A DNA stretch of 64,000 bases from assembly GCA_001179505.1 (NCBI GenBank), contig CDMY01000488.1, positions 186,001 through 250,000 of the forward strand. Reading direction: 5' to 3'. A program made the position numbers and the translations under genes. The notes beneath the pieces are model-generated. The model was not told the DNA's origin. It searched no databases and worked only from the letters and a program-made list of their open reading frames with translations. The first letter of the stretch is position 1; every line of letters starts with the position of its first letter. The stretch is from Vitrella brassicaformis CCMP3155 (lineage: Eukaryota > Protista > Chromerida). This document shows, in pieces, positions 1-11,988 of the stretch.

Positions 1-2377
1 ACTCTCACCGACGAGGAGACCATGCGTCTGTCTGTCCTGGACGAGAGCTGCTTCGAGGCCATCTGCTCGTCCACCCTCGTCATCGGCCCGGCCGTCCCTC
101 GGCTTCGGCGCGTCCTTCTGTGCTCCCATGGGCCGAGAAGATCATCCTCGCAGTCGCCAAGGGCAAGACCAGCCTTGCGGCGGATGTGCTGCAGTTCTTC
201 ATCGACGCAATGAGGCAGCACGGCGACAAGATCAAGACCATCAAGTCGGTCCAGTCGGCATTTGACGAGAGGTCCAATTACTGGGACGCTGGGAGGGCGG
301 GCCTGCGGGGCGCGCCGCGGACGTTTCCGGCACTCACCGACATCGACGTGGGGCTCGTGCCTGTGGTGCAGACATTTCTGCATTTCGACTGGAAGACACC
401 CAACCTCAAGACACTCACGGCCAGGGTGCGCTGGCAGTGGCAGCCACTGCTGGACCTGGCCAGAGGTGGGTGGGTGGGCGGTTTCGAAGACGCGCTGATC
501 CATCTGGTGGCCCACTCGCCCCTCATCCGCCACATTGGCGCATTCCCTCTGGCCACACGGGTCTTCAGGGCGGCACTCGAGGCACGTGCAGACAGCCTGG
601 AGGCGATGGGCGACATGGTCTTCATCACACACGATCAGGAGATGGAGGGGGTCGTGGCGGGCCTGCCGAGCGTCCAGCCGCCGGCCACAAGCAAGCGCAT
701 CGGCATCTTCGACCGGAACCTGGCCTTTGAGTCGACCCTGCCGGCCTCATATAACCCGGCCGGACGGACATTCTTGCAGCTGCTGGTCGAACTGCAAAAT
801 CGCGGTACACACAGACACACACTACGGATGGAGGGGTGGACCATGATATGGCTGTGTTGTTGTTGCTGCCTTGATGTCAGGTTACTGCGCGCTGCCGAAA
901 GGGCGGGTTGTCGAGCTCAAGGGGGTCCCAGCATCTGCTGACACGTGCCCCCCAGAGGTGGAGGGCTGCATCCGCGACACCGTCAAGCGCGCCATCTGCC
1001 AGACCGAGACCGTCGTGATGAGCTACGGTGAAGGGTCGCAGCCCTGGGACGACTCCTGGGAGCTCACCGACTCGAGTGGCCGACTGATCGTGTTCGACAA
1101 GACCAAGCATCTCATCATCGAGTGCCTCGACACACTCCGTGGCTACGTCGGTCATGAAGCGGTGAGTAAGGGCAGGGGGATAGACACGCATGCTTCCATC
1201 CATCCATCCATCCATCCATCGTGCATTCCTCTCCCTCTCCCTTGCTATCCGTCCCGTCTTGTATCTAGATTGCCGGTTGGACGGCTGGGGGCTGGACGAG
1301 GGTCGAGGTGCTCACCCTCGAGAGGGTCGAGCTGCAGAGCGTCAAGGACCACGTCTCTTTCCACAGCCACCGGTTCACGGCTGAGGGCATCTACGAGAAG
1401 CCCCTCCCTCCTCAGCTCCCCATGACGCAGCAGCAGGCGGCAGAGCAGGCGGCATACGCAGCTACGGGTGTTCCCACGCCGGTGCGCCCTCCACCTCCCA
1501 CGAACCACTACGTGCTGTCGGACCCCCTGCAGCGGCTGCTCAAGACCATGCACCCACACTCCACACCGTCCGACTCATCGACGTGCCCTGGTGAGTGAGT
1601 GGGTGGGCGCACACCTTGAGTCACCGTGAGACTTGTGTGGGTGTATGTGGCGCATTCATTCAGGTGGGCGGCCTTTGACGCGTTTGTGTGTCTGTCTGAG
1701 GGCACGGTGGCTCAGCCAGGGGAGGGGGGCGACAAGCGTGTGTGTCTGGACGAGCTGGAGGTGCGGACAGAAGTGCAGGACAGCCCCCTGGTGGTGCCTG
1801 AGAAGGGCGGCGCCTTGTGGAGTGCCATGCAAGAGCGCCTCTCGGTCGACCAACTCAGCATGGACGTCAAGACAGAGGTGCGCTGGCTGCACTCATAATT
1901 AACATTTTCCTCTGCCTTCTTGACCAAGTGTGTCCTTGTACTTTCACTTTTTCGAGCCTCTCACCCGTGGCTTCCCTTCCTACACGCCCGACCACTTTCG
2001 TGTGTACTACGGCCTCATCCTCATGCTACAGCCCAACACCGTCGTGCTCACCGTCAACACGTCGCTACGTGAGTGAGAATCGACCCATAAAGGCATACTT
2101 GTAGAGATTGCGTCCATCTATGTGGTCCGCAGATGCCAAGCCGGTGCTCTCCTGGAGCGATGGTGGAGCTGACATCGAGCCTGACGAGGCCAAGTATCCC
2201 TTCCTCAAGGCATTCACCGGCGACATCCGCAGGAGATACCGCATGTGCCACTGCGGGGCCAGGGGCGATTATCGAGGCCACACAAACTGGACGGACGGCC
2301 GGATGGATGTGGTGCTCAAGAGGCGCAGGCTGGGTGACCTCAGCGGGCTGGCGGCCGACAAGTATGCCATGCAGTAG
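1..2377 (+). CDS. Multi-exon lineage-specific protein (F-box-like/LRR-like N-terminus, unknown C-terminus ending ...RMCHCGARGDY...DKYAMQ*); 5' end lies outside the window
   Basis: ORFs 120-941, 871-1425, 1308-1598, 1626-1898 and 2108-2377 are joined by GT-AG introns. An inverted paralog at 61768-64000 has the same exon pattern and clearly alignable peptides. Confidence 0.7.
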
Positions 2378-2776
2378 CTCAAGTGCATCAGCCACGTTTA
2401 GATTTATCCGTATGTGTGTAGACTTGATGGCTTTATCATCGTGTGCATAGACCTCTATCTGACGGTGACACTCGGCATCCATATATATATAGCAATCCAT
2501 TTAAGCGTTCCTGCTGTGTCGTGCCGTCACGTTGGTGCACCCCAGAGACGGCCTCATCCTGGCTGCCTATGTTCAGGGTGCCATGGGGGCCAGTGTTGCA
2601 TGAGAGCCAGATGGGCAGAGAGAAACATTTGATATGCCATACACTCACTGGCCAGCTTACATCCACATGGTCATTCACGTCAAAATCCGATGACGACATG
2701 GAGCAGCACGACTAACGCGACACAGCCCACTGAAGACCACCCCTTCCCCTCACGCTACGTGTGCCTGTCTCACTGA

Positions 2777-5700
2777 TCAGTCTTCCTTGACTGCCTTGTC
2801 TTTGAATGTGTAGTGCCTTCCCTCCATCGCACGGCGGTGGGCTATGGCCGCCTGCTTGGCGCCCTCATAGCCCAGCTCGCGCACAGAGAACGGCTTGGTC
2901 CTCTGCTTGCCGCCCTCGTACCAGCTGGCGATCCATGAGTTGCTGGCCTTGTTGTAGTGAACACCCTTGACGCCGCTCTGGTGCTCCGATCGCTTCTTGA
3001 CCACCGCCCGACCGGTGCGCTCCATCTCACGACGATGCTCCTCGGCCAACGCCTGACGGACGGAGGCACGCATGTGAGACACTCAGAGAGATAGACAGAG
3101 GGAATGGGCAACGTTATGCGCACCTTGGCTCTGTCGAAACCATGGTCACTGACGTAGAAGTACTTCTCGTTCTCCTTCCCCTTCTCGTACCACGATGCCC
3201 TCCAGGCCTGCTTCCCCTCATGCCAAAAAACACCCGCCACATCCGACTGATGCTCTGCAGTTGGCTGGACACACGAAGGTGAGTGATTGCGTTGAATTAG
3301 CTTCTTGGGTTCCTCACCTGATTTGGTGATGATGGTCTTGCTCTTGGTGCTGGTCTTCTTGTCTATGTCGGCGGCCCACTCGGGATTGGACGCATAGACG
3401 GACGACGGCACATCACCGGCAGGCGCCGACGCACCATCCCTCTTGGCTGCCTTGGGCCTCCGTCGTGGCTGGGGAGACGATGAGCTGCTGCCGTCGTCAT
3501 CGTCGTCACAGCTGTCAGACCGACGCGCCGCCCGAGCCATGCTGTCCCTCTGCCGACCACCGCGGCCGATCGTTACGTCGCCTTCTCGACGCCCAGGGGG
3601 GCGGGCCGGGAGGCGAGAAAGACTGGACCGGGGAGGGCGGGAGGGGGGAGAGGGGTCGAGGGGCGGGTCGTCACTGGGCCTCTTGGTGCGCTTGCGACGC
3701 TGCGGGGGTGGGCTCCAGCCGAATTGCCCCTCACGCATCCCGCCGTCCAGCTGCCCCTCTCCCTGCTGTGCTCGCTGCAGCCACGACAGATCGATGGCCA
3801 TCGCCCGATCGCCCACACGCGACTGATGCAGTGCATTGCGATAGTCAACGGCCTCACGGAAGGCCGTGAAGATGGCCTCAGGGGAGGCGCCATAGCAGAC
3901 AGGGAACTGACGCAAATCGACGGTCGTCGATGTGTCGTTGTCCCAAAAGTAGGCCTCGTAGGTGTAGTTGGTCCGCCACGCAATGCCGATCCTGACACAC
4001 ACACACACAGATGCCACTGTCAACATGAGAGCGTCAATCATGCCCTTGGCCATACTCACCCGCCTCTGTCTGGCGCAGGGAAGTCGCCCGGCTGCTCCTC
4101 CCGCATCCGCCGCATCAACATCCGAGCCAGCTCGTCACCACACAGCCCACCAAGACTCGTCAGCTCCCGATGCGAGCCATGGAACTCCTGGGCCCGCTTG
4201 GCGGGGACGCGGCCGTGTGGACCGCGCTGGCGCTTGGGAGGGCGGCTGTGGTTGAGGGAGCCATCACGTCCATCGCCACTGCCGTCGAGGGAGGGGAGAG
4301 GGAGCGGGTCGCGTGACGGGCGTCGCTTGCGACGATCGCCAAGGCCTGAAAGGGGACACAACAGCAGGCAAAATAAGAGATAATCGTGCCTTTGGTCCTA
4401 CCTGTGTGATCCACCTCACCCACCTGTGTCATGACATGCGCTAGGCTTGTTCTTGTGCTTGCGAGGCGGCGCTCCTGCTCTCTTCCCACGCTGCGGAGCC
4501 CTCCACTGCACCACGTGCCTCTGCTCGCCAGCCACCACATCAGTGACGATCTCAAACCGATCGTCGGTGTCCACCGATCCCGCCAGCACCACCGTCAGCA
4601 TGTCCGTCAGTGGCCACAGCTCCCATCCAGTTTTCGTCCCGTCAGAGCTGCGATGCACCGTCGCTCGCACACACAGGGGCTGGTTGGCGCCGCTCTCAGA
4701 AGGCCATCCAGTGACCTCGAAATGCCGCCCGTCCGCCATCTTCTCGACACTGAACTGCATGCCCTCGTAGGCCGCCGAGTATGCCTTGTGGCCGGGGTCC
4801 TGCTTGTGCCGTATCGTCCTCAGGAGCTGCCCAACGGTGTTCCTCTCGTCACCCGGACCACCCACCGCTGCGGCCGGGGAACCGTCGGCTGGTGGGGGCG
4901 AGGGCGGTGGCGTGTCGACCGCCTTCCTCCTGGCAATAGGCGAGGGGACCGTGTCACGTGCTGACCGGCCGGTGGCGCCTTGCAGCTCCATGTGGTTGGC
5001 TGTCCGACCGCTGTCCGCGTGACGTGAGGCTACGGGAGGTGGGGGTGGGGATGCGGGTGACGTTGGCCCTAAGTCAATGCACGCAACAGAGACGACATAT
5101 ACGGGAGCCGACACGCTGTCCAGTGTTCTTCTCCCCCTCCCTCTCTCTCACCTGCGGCATTGCCCTTGGGTGCATCCATGGTCGGCTTCATCATCAAGTA
5201 CCGCCGGGCCTCCTGGTGGCTCGTCCTCACCTCGAAGGGCTCGTCCACCGCTATCGGGCCCCCCTTCTTGACCCGCTCCAGCACCTGCGTCACGTCGCCC
5301 AGCAGCCAGCCCTTCTTCGGGTCGCGAGTCACGCCCCAATCAGCGGCGAACAGCTCCCCCTGGCTGTCGTGGAAGGGCCCTGCGAGCACCTCATACGCGC
5401 TGTTTGCGCCATCGACGCTGCGCACAGAGAACTGCACTCCTTGATAGCCCGGATGGTATGCCGATGTCCTGTTGGGGTCGCCTCGCTTGTAAAGCGGCTG
5501 CCGCAGTTGCTCCTGAAGACCGTCTTGCTGGGAGGGAGGGCCGTTCGGATGAGGTGGGGAGGGATAGGGGTAAGTGGCGGCCGCTGACATTGTCTGTGGA
5601 TGGGGGATGGTGGGCGTCGAAGCGGCAGCCGATGGGCCTTCAGCTGCAGGGCCTCCATCACAAGCCCCACGGTCACCCTCCACCCGACCTGCCGCACTGT

Positions 5701-5899
5701 CCCGCCGCCTGCCACCGGGAGAGTGGCCCTCCTGGTCGATGTCCATCGCCGCTACTAAGGCTGCTGCAGATGGCTGATGGGCCGCCGAGGGATTCTGCAT
5801 GGCTGGAACGACGCAGGCAGCCTCAGCCCGGGGTGAAGGTGAAGCAGCGGCATCAATGGATGAAGGCGGTTGACCGAGATGGGTGGCTTGGGCCGTCAT
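2777..5899 (-). CDS. ApiAP2-type DNA-binding protein: three AP2 domains at the C-terminus and two copies of an unrecognised ~90-aa domain at the N-terminus
   Basis: AP2 motifs HQSGVKGVHYNKASNSWIASWYEGGKQRTKPFSVRELGYEGAKQAAIAHRR (~2800-2980) and HQSDVAGVFWHEGKQAWRASWYEKGKENEKYFYVSDHGFDRAK (~3110-3270), plus degenerate RIGIAWRTNYTYEAYFWD...AFREAVDYRN (~3830-3990). ATG at 5899, stop at 2777. Confidence 0.88.
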
Positions 5900-6170
5900 C
5901 GTCACTCTTGTTGCTGCTGCGTTGTGGAAGGTGTCATTAAACGTGTTGCGTCGTCCCTCAAGCCGGATGACGCCCTGTGGTCGTCGAACGGTCGTAGTGA
6001 CTGATCTCAGTGGGTGAAGAACGATCAGCAGGGCTGTTCAGCAGAGATCTACCGCCAAAGGCATCGTTGCAAGCGACCACAGCTTCTAAGCTCGCATTTT
6101 GAGAGTGCGGGAGGCTTTTCGCGCGCGGCGATTAGCTTGTACCGTTGATTCACCCATTCATCCATCGCAA

Positions 6171-8295
6171 AATGCTCAGCAAGAAGCGCAAGGCAGAGGG
6201 CGACGCTGCCGCGGCGGCTGCCGGGGAAAGTACTGCCGGGCAGCAAGATGAATATGACCAGCAGCCCCCCTTCCCCCGTATCGGCCGCCGAATCATGGAC
6301 CAGTCGGTGCACAAAGCCATTGCGGCCCTGCTCGCCATCGAGAACGCCGCCAGGACCGCCCGTCAGCAGCTGCAGACCAAAGCCGAGGCCATCAAAGAGC
6401 TGATTGAGAGCACGGGAGGCAAGCTGGAGCTGACGGGCGGCATCGAGGGGGAGGTGAAGCTGAGTGTGGGCGGGCGGGTGGTGGGTGTGTCGCGCAAGGG
6501 GCTGATGCTGGAGCAGCTCCGCCACACCTACTTCGCCCATCTGCTGCTGTATGGTGCGGACGCACTGCCCCGCGACCAGAAGGGCCGGCCATTCCTCGAC
6601 GCCGACCCAAACTATGCCGACTGGTGAGCGGAGGGAGGCAGGGAGGGAGGATGGGTATCTTTGCGTCGGCCATTGATTTGTGCCCTCTGCTCTGTTTCTC
6701 ATTTTCCGTGTTAGGTTGTGTGACGAGATCGCCATTGCCGAGGGCAAGGAGGCGCAGGGCCAGGAGCATCAGATCAAGCTCGACGACACACAAAAGAAGG
6801 ACCCGTCCTTCGCCTTCTACCACAAGCTGTTCCTCACCCACACACCGCTCGACATCGACGCACCATCGGAGGACATCGACATGGACGACGGAGATAAGGA
6901 GGGGAATAAGGAGGGAGAAGGGCAGGCTGGCGTGATGGATAAGATCCGTGAGTATGTGGAGGGCTATGACGCGGCGGTGGCGGAGCTGGAGGGGGCAGCA
7001 GGGCACCTGAAGGACTTCGGCAAGGCGATGGAGCCCTTCATCCGAGCAGAGGACGGCAGTGCCCACGAGGTGAAGACCGTGACCGTCCTGGGCAAGAAGG
7101 TGTCGACCACCGAGGCGACACTATCGCAGCTCGGCCCCGACAGCACCCTATACAAACGATTCAGGTCAGAATTCACCCACCGCATAGACAGTGACATCCG
7201 CACGTGTGGTCTGTCCCGTGCGTGTGTTGTGCAGTGGTGAGATTGTGCATGGCGGCGTGCCCATCCGGCAGACATCCTCCGAGAACTTCATGAAGGTGAC
7301 ACTGAGCCACACACGGAAACGGGGGGACGGCACGTGTTTGTCTGCGTGTCATTTGGCGACCATCCAGGTGGTGGATTTTGCCCGAAGACAGCGACTAGAG
7401 AAACGGCGGGGCCACACGGCCAAGGCGCCGATCGCCCGTGACATGAAGCAGCTCAAGGTATCATGAAGCAGCTGCAAACACACTTGTGTGTGCACATGGT
7501 GTGATGTGCTTTAGGTTGACATGGAGATGTTCGGATTCAAGATGCAGCCCCCATGCTGAGTGAAGACGAGACGCAGGCAGTGCTGGCCATGATAGACATA
7601 CCCAACCCAACACCCACACTCCTCTACAGGTGAGCAGAGCAGCTGACCTGTTGCGACCCTCCAGGATATGACGTCTCGCTTTTCCCTTCCTGTCAGTTCG
7701 ACGCGTGACGGTGGTGACTTCGGCACGATGATGGACAAGGTGGGCGACGCCAGTGGTCTGCTTTTCCTCGTCAACCACAACGACACACACCGATTTGGAT
7801 CCTTCGTCGGGGGCCAACTGAAGTCGCCCGCCGACGGCAAATACAAGGTGCCCCTCTTCTTCATCTCCATCTCCGGTGCATATGGCCAGGTCACCAAGGT
7901 ACCGATCCCCGAGGCCAGGCAGTGGGTGGGGGTCGCCGGCCACGACGCATCCATCCGATTCAGTACGGCCTCACGTGGCAAGGTTGGTGGCGGTATACAC
8001 AATAAGTGTCAGTGCAATGAATGGCACTCAACCAACTGACTGATTGTCACATGTCTGCGTGCAGATGACCATTGCTTTGGGGTATCTATGGGTCGCTCTC
8101 GGCAGCCCCGGCCCGGCAGACGACGTGCGCAGCATGTATCAGTGGGTCGAGAAGGACGACCTACCGGCCGGCTACCTTGGCCGGCTCAGTGGCAACGGAA
8201 CACTAGCAGGCACATGGTATTTCACCGCGAAGGAGATCGCTATCTATCAGGTGGGTGGGTGGCACCGGGCAAGACCAAGACGGACGAGCGAGTGA
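6171..8295 (+). CDS. BTB/POZ (KCTD-type, two copies) + TLDc domain protein, with an apparent 1-nt frameshift at 7548-7552
   Basis: GEVKLSVGGRVVGVSRKGL...PRDQKGRPFLDADP (BTB), VKTVTVLGKKVSTTEATLSQLG (second BTB-like), and PTLLY/SSTRDGGDFGTMMDKVGDASGLLFLVNHNDTHRFGSF (TLDc). Splice sites traced by hand. Confidence 0.8.
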
Positions 8296-9059
8296 ATCAG
8301 TATACGGATGGATGAATGGATGTTGTATGTGGTTTTCAGGTGAAGTCGGGCTGATGAGTGAGCGGAGAGGGGCCAGTGTGGCAGCTGCAGCGGAAGACGC
8401 AGCCTTGTTACACACACAACGGACGAATTCGTGTGCATGCATTGCACGGACGGACGGATGGACCTCATGTCTCAATTTTGACACACAATCCATTGACACA
8501 TAGAGTGAATCTGCTCAGCCATATGGACCCAACGGCCACCCATTCGCTATCGCCCCATTCTCAGGAAGTTGCTCCATCCATTATATTTGAAGCGGTTCAC
8601 ACACGCGCACACCCTCACTTGTCCTTCTCTCGCTCCAGCCTCTCGGCCTTTTCTCTGTCTTCCCTCGACCCGTCCAAGCTGACAGAGGGCCGTCGAAATG
8701 CAACCCAAACGTGAAGCACACCGCACCGCCGCCCACGACATACAGCTTAGTCGACCCCCACGCACACGACGCGCGTACACACATGTTGTGTGGCCGAGAT
8801 GCACCATGATGGATCACACATCTCGAGCTTGGTCAGCGCACATTGCGCTGAAAATGAGAACCATTCACTGACTGGTCTTGTGTGACTTTGCAAATGTCAC
8901 CAGGATGCCATGCAAATGTCACCAGGCTGGTGAATCGCCCATATGTTTCAGCTGGATAAGTCGCTTGTGTCTCTGTTGTCAGTATGTGTCTCAGGCGATG
9001 GCTTTAAGACGCGAATTAGCCGGCCACCCACATGCAACACAATGGGCAGTGTCAATCCC

Positions 9060-11405
9060 TCAATGTCGTTCCGCAATGAAGAGCATCTTGGAGATGAATG
9101 CCGCCTGCACGAGACGAGACATACACACGTACGGGAAACTCATGAGAAGCACCGTGAATGATGCAGAGTCCTGTGCACATACCGAGGAGCTTCGATCACA
9201 ATGGGCCTCCTTGGGGTGGGCTCGATGCTGGTAGACGTAGCGCTCGATGATCTGCTCCACGTCCTCGTATGACTCGTCAGTCAGGTGGTGGTCATACAGG
9301 CATGTCTTCGCCAGGTCTAGGTTGATTTGGATGGAGCCTTCTAGCGCAGTCGCGTCTCTGGGTCGCTCAGGGCATATCAGCTTGCTCACTTGCCTCTCTT
9401 TGACCCGCGTCTTCTGTTTGTAAGGGTCCCAGTATTCTACGGGTACAGACATGGTGAACCCGTAGCTCGCCATGCACCCAATCAGGCGCTGGACTTCAAG
9501 CGCGTCGTCCTGAGTGACGAGAGCCACAGAGCCACACTCGGGAGACAGCTGCGATTGACCGTGTATAACGACAAGGCAATACCACGTATCTCAGTGCCTG
9601 CTCATCAGGCGCCTTGCGGTGGCATGGGAGGGCCGAGTGCGAGGCGAAAGCCGTGTCGTCTTCCTCGTGGAACCAACCATGAAGATCAGTCAGTGCGAGA
9701 CTCCCTTCCTCCAAACTCAGCTGCGGCCAAACAGAGACAGCACGGCCGTCTGCACGCCCTGGTCTCCGTGTCTTCTTGTCTCTTCCGTACCGTCCTCTTC
9801 TTTAATTCCTCGTGTGTCTCAACATTTCCAAGGTCCAGCAGTCTCATCTTCGAGCCGGCATCTGTCATACATCAGCATTGCAACAGTCGATATGAACTTA
9901 TGCCCTCTGCTGTGGACGTCTGTCGCGTCACTCACCCAGCGCGCAATGATGGAATCCGTGTCTCAGCACAGCTCCCGCAGCTCTTGTTAGGAGGGTTATG
10001 GTGTACCAGCCCAACGAGGTCGCTTTCACCTTCTTCGTCGCTTGGGACTGGTCCCAAGCAGCAGCAAAAGATCGAAGTCAGACATGTCTCTTGTCTGCTG
10101 TGGCCATACTTGTGTGTCGACGCGCATGTTGGGGTTCCTCGCTTGGGCGAGCCAGCCGATGCCTCGGCGAAGGGCATTGAGCTCCTGGCCGTACGAAAGA
10201 ATCAAACAGTCTGCGTGAGGACGGCGAACCAATATATGAGTGGCAAGACCGGCGAGGAATGCCCCCCGCGTACCCGGCAGAATACTGCGACCATCGGGGG
10301 CTCGCTGCACCGTAATCCTGTGGGGCATCCTGGGGAATGCTCGGGCCTCATACTCCTCGTACAGGCCGCCGTGAACGTGATCGGTCATTTCTTTCGACAA
10401 ATGGTACCGCCTCCAGAATCTCTGCATGGCTGATCGACAACAAGAAGTCATTTGTATTGCGTGGCAGAGCCGGCCTTATGACGGACATGACGCCACCTGT
10501 GCTTTCCTGTTCCAGTACGCCCTTGAGTGCTTCTTCTTCTTTGGGGACGCGCTTGTAATCTGCACAAAATAGATGTCTCCATTGGGCTGCAATTCATGCT
10601 CATTCCTCACACCGACCAGGAAACGTGGGGTTGAGGAGTGGGACTTTGATGAGGACAGGGGAGTTGTCGGGCAGAGGAGCTCCCGTCACGTCATCTAAGT
10701 CGACAAGCTTCCACTCGCTGCCTGCATGACGCCCGAGAAGAGGAAAATGGCCAACGCGGACTAGCTGCGCCACTTCCGCTGTCACCTTTTCGGAGGTTCG
10801 CAGTCAGTGCAATAAGAGAGGATGCATGGAAGACCTCCAGGCGGTCAACATTCTCGGGCTCCCCCAACAATGTCATGTCGACAAACTTGTCTGCACAGCA
10901 CGAAGGAGTTCAGCGAGATCAAGGAGTCGCTGGTCTGACGTCACCTGTGTCAGCCTGTCCGCTTCGCTGCACAATGATCGAATACTCCTCAGCCATCGCC
11001 TGAACGTGACGAGTGAGACACACACGGGCAGAGACAGACCATTGCAAGAGACAGCCCGAGTATTTGTCAGCGGTGTGCTGTCACCTTCGCCGTGAAAAAA
11101 TTTAGGCCATCAGGGTGCTTCTTGACGTAAAACTGCTTCTCCTTGAGTTCGCCGTCGGCATACCAGAATATGACAAAGGCCTTGTCGGCCTCCTGCCAGC
11201 GGACGCCCATCGCCACCTGCCGGCACCGCACGAATGGCTGGCTGCATATCGGGGCGACGTACTTGAGAATCTTCGCCCTGTCGATTGCTTGAAGTTCGGC
11301 ATCCGGCTGTGTGTGAGAATCATTGAGTACCCCCAGACCGTCCGTGACGACAGCCGCAGTGGCAGGGCCGGCGACAACGAAAGAGAACAACAAAACGAGA
11401 TGCAT
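9060..11405 (-). CDS. 10-exon protein: N-terminal signal peptide + AP2-like domain + uncharacterised C-terminal region
   Basis: MHLVLLFSFVVAGPATA/AVV..., then GVRWQEADKAFVIFWYADGELKEKQFYVKKHPDGLNFFTAK|AMAEEYSIIV. Intron phases link ORFs 11067-11429, 10691-10876, 10600-10785, 10026-10451, 9686-9868, 9496-9714 and 9060-9527 in frame; one junction near 9750 needs a GC donor. Confidence 0.7.
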
Positions 11406-11988
11406 TCTGAAGCAGCGGGTGTGGTGCAATACGCGAGAGGAGCAACGCAGAGAGCTTGAAGCTGGCTCGGGGGCCAGCCCCCCGTCTCCCGTCTCGCAAT
11501 TTGTACCACGTTGACAAACAGGCTGAAGAGGAAGGATGATTCAAGGCCACGATGAGAAAATGGAGACAAAGACGCACACACATACACATACACATACACA
11601 CACATAATACTTTGTCGCGTGATTGAGAGTTGGTCGATTGACACAGTCCATTTCATAGCAACATCATCGTGACTCTGCCGGCTGTTGCGCTATGTGTTAA
11701 TGCGTCTTCCGACAGATCACGGTGCGTGGGCAATGAATGAGTGACACAGACACACACACACACACACACAGACACACAACACACTCATGAGGCAGAGACA
11801 CGTACACATGTTACAAAGTATCATGTCATTGACCGGTGGTATCTCTCAGCAAACACAAATACGACCGTGTGGTACCATTCGTTGGGCAAGACCGTGACAG
11901 CAATATATAATGGTATGTAGACCCCATCGACCCACGTTTGACTTCCAAGCACAGCCACAAACGCATTCACCCCAACACGCATTCAGCC

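Noticed and set aside
2510-2715. Coding-like fragment between the first gene and the ApiAP2 gene
   Set aside because: It has internal stops in every frame and I could not recognise a parent gene, so there is too little to call.
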